DNA of 24,237 nucleotides from Candidatus Zixiibacteriota bacterium. GTDB lineage: Bacteria > Zixibacteria > MSB-5A5 > GN15 > FEB-12. Position 1 is the stretch's first letter, and each line of letters starts with the position of its first letter. A model generated the notes under the pieces. The model was not told where the DNA came from, made no database searches, and saw only the letters and a list, made by a program, of their open reading frames with translations. Shown in pieces: positions 8,033 to 13,949 of the stretch. The stretch spans positions 1 to 24,237 of the forward strand of contig JBGSIV010000274.1 in the NCBI GenBank assembly GCA_041742355.1. The letters run 5' to 3'. The position numbers were made by a program, and so were the translations under genes.

Positions 8033-10549
8033 TCACTGACAGGCAGCCGGCGGCGGTCCGCTCTTAAACATGTGTGTCACGAGGTAGGTCAAGTCGGACA
8101 CTGACGTAAGTCCATCGACGTTGACATCCGCATGGGCGGGACAGTCCGGGGAGGGTCCTCCTTTGAAGAGCCGGTTGACCAGGAAGGTCAGATCGCTGAC
8201 TGCTACGCCGCCATCCCCGCTCAGATCGCCGCGCAGCAGGCAGCAGCAGGCGTCGCCAATGCCGTCGAGGTCAGTATCCTTCTGGTCCGGGTTATAGATG
8301 AGCGGGCAGTTGTCGAGGAGGTCTTCGATGTTGTCGCAGTCGGGATCGACGCAGGTTTTGGTCCATGCAGCCAGATAGACTGCGACTTTGTCTCCTGCCT
8401 GCACAAATCTCCCGCCGACGATTAAGTTGCTGTCATAGGAGAGGAGGTCGTACGGCATGTAGCCGGTGCCGGATCCAAGCCCGAACCAGGTGGAGCCGTC
8501 CCATGCGGCGATGCGGTTGGCAGCCACGCCGCCGGCCGTTGTGAACTCGCCGCCGGCGAACAATAAGCCGTCGTGGACCGCGAGGCAGTCGGTTCTCTGA
8601 GCTCCTGACGACAGGGGCGACCAGTTGGAACCATCCCATGCAGCTATCCCTGTAGCGGCTGTTCCCCCGGCGGTTGTGAACAGCCCACAAGCAATCAAGC
8701 GGCCATCATAAATGTCAAGGTCTCTGACCTGCAAATTCATACCGGATCCCAGAGAAGACCAGGAGGTACCGTCCCAGACTGCAATTCGGCTGGCAGGCAG
8801 CCCTCCCGCAGTCGAAAACAACCCACCGGCGTACAGCTTGTTGTCGAAAACCTTGAGGCAATTGACTTGTCCGTTGATGCCCGAGCCGAGAGGCGACCAT
8901 TGCGAGCCGTCCCAGGCGGCGATGTAATTGCACGTTATACCATTGGCCTCGGTGAAGTAGCCGCCGGCGATCAACTGCCCGTTGTATACAGTCAGAGCAA
9001 GCACTGCTCCGACTTCCATGATTCCCAGCGTGGACCACGAGGTTCCATTCCAAGCGGCCACCCCATCCCCTCCGGCGACAAGTTTGTCTTCGTAGGTAGT
9101 AAGGGCAAACACTGGCGTATTCAGTCCTGTATCCAGGGGCAACCACGAGGCGCCGTTCCATGCGGCGATGAAGTCTGCCATTCCATTGCCACTCGTGCCG
9201 AACCATCCGCCAGAGATAAGCATGCCGTCGAAGACGGTCAGAGCCTCGACATAGCCGGTTATGCCGCTCCCGAGCGGAGCCCAATTGAGACCGTCCCAGG
9301 CAGCAATAGACTCACAGTCACGGCCACCAGCGCTCCTGAATAACCCACCGGCAATGAGTTTGCCGTCCCAACTCCCCAGTGCCTCGACCAGGGCGTCCGT
9401 CCCAAGCCCCAGAATCTCCCATGAGGAGCCATCAAACGAAGCGATGCCCCGGCCAAAGTCGAAATCGCCTGCTGCGATCAGCGCATTGCCGTTAACGACC
9501 AGGTCCATCACAGCCCCGCCTATTTCTGTTCCCAGGGCCGACCAAGTCTGGCTGACCGAATCGTATGCTGCGATGGCCTGGGCCGACGTCGGCCCGGCAT
9601 ATGTAAATCCACCCCCGGCGACCAGTTTACCTCCGTAGACAGTGAGCGCCGAGACCCAACCATTTAGTAGTTGTCCCGGAGACGTCCATCCACCGGCGCC
9701 ATCGGAGAATACGAGGCAGCCATTCGGTATATCTCCTCCCTGGGTGAACTCTCCTCCCACAGCAAGGCGGCCTCCAAACTCGCAGAGTGCCCATACGGTT
9801 TCGTTGACCCCCGATCCGATGGCGGACCAGGAAGATCCATTCCATGTGGCCAGACGGTTTACTTGCACTCCCCCGGCGGTAACAAAGTCACCGCCGGCTA
9901 CCAAGCCATAAGGAAGGCTGTCGTACACAGTGAGGGCGTACACAACGCTGTCCATGCCCGACCCCAGTGCCGACCACGAGATGCCGTCCCAGGCGGCAAT
10001 GTAGCTTGCCGAAACACCCCCGGCGGTGCTGAATCTCCCTCCGGCTATCAACTTATTCTGGCACACCGTGAGAGCATAAACCGGCCCATCGGTTCCGGAT
10101 CCGAGGGGCGACCACGATGTTCCATCCCAAGCGGCGATTCTGTTGGCGAGCACACTCCCCGCAACGGTGAAGAACCCGCCTGCAATCAGTTTGCCGTCGA
10201 ACACAGCCAGACAGCGGACGCCCGAATTGGTTCCCGGGAGAGACGACGACATCGAGTTGTCCCAGTAGATGTCATCGGGTACACTGGCAGCGGTCAGGTC
10301 ACCGGTGGTTGGATCGATTTGGAGGTTCAGCCCCTCGATGTCGAAGCCCCCCTCGTAGCCGGCCTCCAGGGCGCCGCTGATATCAACGGAGCCGTTCGGA
10401 GCGAGGAAGTCTCCGATCGGCAAGTCCTTCTGGGCCGAAGCCTGAACCGACTGGCCCTGAGCACACGATTGAGGCTGAATTTCGGTCGCGTTCGCCGCCA
10501 GCGTAGCGAACAGAAGCACGCCGGCGGACAACAGAGTGGATTTGACCAT
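8033..10549 (-). CDS. Secreted repeat protein P1: signal peptide, 14 x ~46-aa beta-propeller-like repeats, TSP3 motif, dockerin-like C-terminus (838 aa)
   Basis: Start reassigned to MVKSTLLSAGVLLFATLAANA (GGGAAGG SD). Repeat VxALTVYxGxLIAGGxFTTAGGxxAxxIAAWDGxxWxxLGSG. Tail DNCPLIYNPDQKDTDLDGIGDAC then GDLSGDGGVAVSDLTFL..ADVNVDGLTSVSDLTYL. Confidence 0.85.
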   Translation of the reverse strand: MVKSTLLSAGVLLFATLAANATEIQPQSCAQGQSVQASAQKDLPIGDFLAPNGSVDISGALEAGYEGGFDIEGLNLQIDPTTGDLTAASVPDDIYWDNSMSSSLPGTNSGVRCLAVFDGKLIAGGFFTVAGSVLANRIAAWDGTSWSPLGSGTDGPVYALTVCQNKLIAGGRFSTAGGVSASYIAAWDGISWSALGSGMDSVVYALTVYDSLPYGLVAGGDFVTAGGVQVNRLATWNGSSWSAIGSGVNETVWALCEFGGRLAVGGEFTQGGDIPNGCLVFSDGAGGWTSPGQLLNGWVSALTVYGGKLVAGGGFTYAGPTSAQAIAAYDSVSQTWSALGTEIGGAVMDLVVNGNALIAAGDFDFGRGIASFDGSSWEILGLGTDALVEALGSWDGKLIAGGLFRSAGGRDCESIAAWDGLNWAPLGSGITGYVEALTVFDGMLISGGWFGTSGNGMADFIAAWNGASWLPLDTGLNTPVFALTTYEDKLVAGGDGVAAWNGTSWSTLGIMEVGAVLALTVYNGQLIAGGYFTEANGITCNYIAAWDGSQWSPLGSGINGQVNCLKVFDNKLYAGGLFSTAGGLPASRIAVWDGTSWSSLGSGMNLQVRDLDIYDGRLIACGLFTTAGGTAATGIAAWDGSNWSPLSSGAQRTDCLAVHDGLLFAGGEFTTAGGVAANRIAAWDGSTWFGLGSGTGYMPYDLLSYDSNLIVGGRFVQAGDKVAVYLAAWTKTCVDPDCDNIEDLLDNCPLIYNPDQKDTDLDGIGDACCCLLRGDLSGDGGVAVSDLTFLVNRLFKGGPSPDCPAHADVNVDGLTSVSDLTYLVTHMFKSGPPPAACQ

Positions 10550-10624
10550 TTGACCTTCCCAGGCTATTAAGAAGACCTTCTGGAATGACCAATAGCGCGA
10601 ACGGGCTAACTGCTCAACGTGTTC

Positions 10625-10653
10625 AATATACTCCAACTTCCTCATTCGCACAA
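10625..10653 (-). promoter_or_regulatory. Putative promoter of P1
   Basis: Minus strand TTGTGC-N17-TATATT. Confidence 0.5.
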
Positions 10654-10684
10654 GCGCTTTCGCCAGACAGTGCTCACCCACGGC

Positions 10685-10833
10685 CGACGCCTCCCCCACG
10701 GTTTCGCCTTGCCAACTGCTTATAATGGATGTACTCAGTCCGGATGAAACTCGCGGCCAATATGACGAACCTGCATCCCTCGGGGCCGATGGCGTATTCT
10801 GCGCGGGTTCGGGAACTCGTCCGGTCAGGATGG
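10685..10833 (+). pseudogene. Remnant of the promoter and first ~29 codons of aminotransferase AT2
   Basis: Aligns with 16691-16837. ATG 10744 gives MKLAANMTNLHPSGPMAYSARVRELVRSG versus MKLSANMTNMRPSGTMAYFARVRELVQAG. Confidence 0.9.
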
Positions 10834-10841
10834 ATTACATC

Positions 10842-10954
10842 GAGGAGTTCATCGCGCAGATAGTCGAGTACTGTGATCGCAAGGGGATCTACCTCGTAAT
10901 GGATGACATCTAACACAAGCTCGTGTTCGCCGGCGGCAAGTGGGCGCCCTGCTA
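10842..10954 (+). pseudogene. Internal remnant of aminotransferase AT1
   Basis: 113 bp matching 5590-5702 with 7 mismatches; EEFIAQIVEYCDRKGIYLVMDDI*HKLVFAGGKWAPC*. Confidence 0.92.
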
Positions 10955-10987
10955 AAAAGGGGCACGGCCGTAAGGTCGTGCCCTTTT
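10955..10987. terminator. Intrinsic terminator downstream of P2
   Basis: AAAAGGGGCACGGCC-GTAA-GGTCGTGCCCTTTT hairpin. Confidence 0.8.
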
Positions 10988-11016
10988 CGATTTTTGTCAG
11001 GGCGCCGCGTCTACTG

Positions 11017-13569
11017 CTACGGCAGCCGCAGTACTGGACAGGGGGCCGGGTCGGCGCCGCCACCGAAGAGCTTGGCGACCAGATGGACGATATCGGCAAT
11101 GTTGGTGTGCTCGTCACCGGTGACATCGGCATGGACGGGGCAGCCGGCATCCGGACCGCCACGGAAGAGGGAAGCCACCAGGTACGTGAGATCAACGATG
11201 TTGATCTTCTGGTCACCGGTCACATCCCCCACCATCGTGCAGCAGCAGGCGTCGCCGACGCCGTTGCTGTCGGTGTCAGCCTGGTCGGGATTGCTGACGA
11301 AGGGGCAGTTGTCGGAAGCATCGGGAACGCCGTCGATGTCGGTGTCGAGGCTTCTGGCCCACTGCGCGAGGTAGGCGGAGACTCTGTTTCCCGCGACCGT
11401 GAAGTGTCCCCCCGCGATCAAAGCGCCAGCGTACACGGTCAGGGCGGCGACATAGGTTCCCTCGATCCCCGAGCCGAGCGGCGACCAGGCCGAACCGTTC
11501 CAGGAGGCGATGCGGTTGGCACCGGTCCCGCCGGCAGTGGTGAATTGTCCCCCCGCGACCAGCTGGCCGTTGTACACGGTTAGAGCCCAGACCTCGTAAT
11601 CCATGCCAGAGCCGAGCGGCGACCAGGCCGAACCGTTCCAGGAGGCGATGTAGTCGGCGCCGGCCTCACCCGCTGTGGTGAAACCTCCACCCGCGATCAA
11701 CTGATCGTCGTACACGCTCAGGGCAGCGACAAAGGAACTCATCCCCGAACCGAGGGGGGACCAAACCGAACCGTTCCAGGAAGCGATGTAGTTGGCGCCC
11801 GTCTCGCCCGCCGTGGTGAAATATCCCCCTGCGATCAAGGCGTCGTTGTACACGGTTAGAGCCCAGACCTCGTAATCCATGCCGGAGCCGAGCGGGGACC
11901 ACGCCGAACCGTTCCAGGAGGCGATGTAGTTGGCGCCGGCCTCACCCGCCGAGGTGAAACTTCCACCTGCAATCAACTCGCCATTGAAAACCGTCAGAGC
12001 CCAGACAGAGCCGTCCATGCCCGAACCCAAAGGGGACCATGCCGAACCGTCCCAGGAGGCGATGTAGCTGGCGTCGGTGTCACCCGCCGTAGTGAAGTCA
12101 CCGCCTGCGACCAAGGCGCCATCGTACACAGTCAGAGCCCAGACGGTGCTATTCATCCCCGAGCCGAGGGGGGACCAGGCCGATCCGTTCCACGAAGCGA
12201 TGTGGTTTGCGTTAGTGCCGCCGGCGGAGGTAAAATTGCCCCCCGCGATCAGGGCACCGTTGTACACGGCTAGCGGCCAGACATCGGCACTCATCCCTGA
12301 GCCGAAAGTGGACCACGTCGAACCGTTCCAGGCTGCAATGTTGTTGGCCGTGTTTCCGCCTGCAGTGCCGAATTGCCCCCCCGCGAAGAGAGCGCCGTTG
12401 TACACCGTCAGGGCCCCGACATAGTTATTCATCCCTGAGCCGAGAGGGGACCAAGTCGAACCGTTCCAGGAGGCGATTCGGTCGGCACTGGCCCCGCCCG
12501 CCGTGGTGAAGTTGCCCCCCGCGATCAGAGCACCGTCGAACACTGTTAGAACCCCGACGATGTAACTCATTCCCGAGCCGAGGGGTGACCACGCCGAACC
12601 GTCCCACGAGGCGATGTAGTTCGCGCCTGTTCCGCCGGCGGTGGTGAAACTACCCCCGGCGATCAAGGAGCTTTCGTACACGGTGAGGGCATGGACATAG
12701 GGGTATGTGCCCCCCATTCCCGATCCCAAAGGTGACCAGGCCGAGCCGTTCCACGAGGCGATGCCGAGGGCACTGGTTCCGCCGGCTTTGTTGAATCGCC
12801 CCCCAGCGATGAGGGCCCCGTCGTACACGGTCAAGGCTTCGACATAGTAACCCATCCCTGAGCCCAGGGGGGACCACGCTGAGCCGTTCCATGAGGCGAT
12901 GTAGTTCGCCCCCGATCCGCCGGCGAGGACAAAACTGCCGCCCGCGATCAAGGCGCCATCGTACACAGTCAAGGCGGCGACAGGGTAATTCATTCCCGAA
13001 CCCAGGGAGGACCAGGCCGAACCATCCCATGAGGCGATGTAGCTGGCGTTGGTTTCACCTGCCGTGGTGAATTGCCCTCCCGCGATCAGGGCGCCGTTGT
13101 ACACAGTCAGGTCCTGGACGGGGGAGTTCATTCCCGAGTCGAGGGGGGACCACGTCGAACCGTCCCAGGAGGCGATGTTGTTGGCAATCGCGCCACCTGC
13201 GATCTGGAAGGAACCGCCGACAATCAAGTTGCTGCCGTAGATAACAGCCGCGCTGACTGCGCCACCCATACCGACGACGGATGGAGAAATGGAATTGTCC
13301 CAGTAGATGTCGTCGGGATCCTCGGCAGGAGACGCAGGGCCAAAGAGAGGTTCGCCTGTAGCCGGGTCGAGGATTGGCTCGAAACCGGCAATATCGAGGG
13401 GGCCCTCGTAGCCCGAGCGACGCGCGGCCTGGAGGTCAAAGCGGCCGTCGGGAGTGAGAAAGTCGGAAACGCTGCGGCCGTGAGTGTACGGCGGAGCACC
13501 AGGGGTGTCGGAAAAGGCAGCGCCCGCGAGGAGCAGGCAGAGGACAAGGAGCGCGAAAGGCATCTTCAT
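11017..13569 (-). CDS. Secreted repeat protein P2: signal peptide, 14 x 46-aa beta-propeller-like repeats, TSP3 motif, dockerin-like C-terminus (850 aa)
   Basis: GGGGAGG SD; MKMPFALLVLCLLLAGAAFS signal; very regular repeats; DNCPFVSNPDQADTDSNGVGDAC; GDVTGDQKINIVDLTYL..ADVTGDEHTNIADI. Confidence 0.88.
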   Translation of the reverse strand: MKMPFALLVLCLLLAGAAFSDTPGAPPYTHGRSVSDFLTPDGRFDLQAARRSGYEGPLDIAGFEPILDPATGEPLFGPASPAEDPDDIYWDNSISPSVVGMGGAVSAAVIYGSNLIVGGSFQIAGGAIANNIASWDGSTWSPLDSGMNSPVQDLTVYNGALIAGGQFTTAGETNASYIASWDGSAWSSLGSGMNYPVAALTVYDGALIAGGSFVLAGGSGANYIASWNGSAWSPLGSGMGYYVEALTVYDGALIAGGRFNKAGGTSALGIASWNGSAWSPLGSGMGGTYPYVHALTVYESSLIAGGSFTTAGGTGANYIASWDGSAWSPLGSGMSYIVGVLTVFDGALIAGGNFTTAGGASADRIASWNGSTWSPLGSGMNNYVGALTVYNGALFAGGQFGTAGGNTANNIAAWNGSTWSTFGSGMSADVWPLAVYNGALIAGGNFTSAGGTNANHIASWNGSAWSPLGSGMNSTVWALTVYDGALVAGGDFTTAGDTDASYIASWDGSAWSPLGSGMDGSVWALTVFNGELIAGGSFTSAGEAGANYIASWNGSAWSPLGSGMDYEVWALTVYNDALIAGGYFTTAGETGANYIASWNGSVWSPLGSGMSSFVAALSVYDDQLIAGGGFTTAGEAGADYIASWNGSAWSPLGSGMDYEVWALTVYNGQLVAGGQFTTAGGTGANRIASWNGSAWSPLGSGIEGTYVAALTVYAGALIAGGHFTVAGNRVSAYLAQWARSLDTDIDGVPDASDNCPFVSNPDQADTDSNGVGDACCCTMVGDVTGDQKINIVDLTYLVASLFRGGPDAGCPVHADVTGDEHTNIADIVHLVAKLFGGGADPAPCPVLRLP

Positions 13570-13634
13570 AGGATCCTCCCCGGATCTGCGCTGATGAGGC
13601 CACCAGTTGATAAGACTGCTGTGCTTATAAGGGC

Positions 13635-13663
13635 AAAGTACAGATAGTGGACTCTTTGGTCAA
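13635..13663 (-). promoter_or_regulatory. Putative promoter of P2
   Basis: Minus strand TTGACC-N17-TACTTT, positionally conserved with the P3 promoter. Confidence 0.65.
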
Positions 13664-13705
13664 GCTCTGATTGGGCACCTGCGACCAGGACCGCGCAGTC
13701 ATGCT

Positions 13706-13748
13706 GTCGGGTTTCTCGGGACCTCCGGTCCCTCGGAACCCGACCTAC
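13706..13748 (-). repeat. GTAG-type REP-like palindrome, copy 1
   Basis: Plus strand GTCGGGTTTCTCGGGACC-TCC-GGTCCCTCGGAACCCGAC-CTAC, i.e. GTAG followed by a bulged hairpin on the minus strand; near-identical to 16634-16676. Confidence 0.85.
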
Positions 13749-13749
13749 G

Positions 13750-13855
13750 GCGCTCTTTATCGAGAACTTCAAGAAGTTCGCGGAGGGTTGTCCGCCGGAG
13801 GCGCTGAAGGCAGGCCCGACGAAAGCGGGCGTGGGGCAAGCTGCGGACGGCGTAG
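13750..13855 (+). pseudogene. Displaced pckA 3' end (variant allele)
   Basis: The first 45 bp are identical to 7830-7874. The rest is a codon-wise variant of the pckA tail with one extra G, ending in TAG instead of TGA. Confidence 0.92.
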
Positions 13856-13877
13856 AATCGAATGGTACTTTGCGAGG

Positions 13878-13911
13878 AAGAAAGGCACGGCCCACAGGCC
13901 GTGCCTTCTTT
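13878..13911. terminator. Intrinsic terminator downstream of P3 and the pckA remnant
   Basis: AAGAAAGGCACGGCC-CACA-GGCCGTGCCTTCTTT, homologous to 7958-7998. Confidence 0.82.
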
Positions 13912-13949
13912 CGTTGTTTGGTTCGAGCAAAGCAGATGCCGGAGCGGGA

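Noticed and set aside
10550..10699. 50-aa N-terminal extension of P1 in the ORF track
   Set aside because: It covers the predicted promoter. The SD, signal peptide and paralogue alignment support the start at 10549.
10725..10913. 62-aa ORF ending in an aminotransferase-like peptide
   Set aside because: It is a by-product of the chimeric remnant, reading AT2 out of frame into the AT1 fragment up to a nonsense codon.
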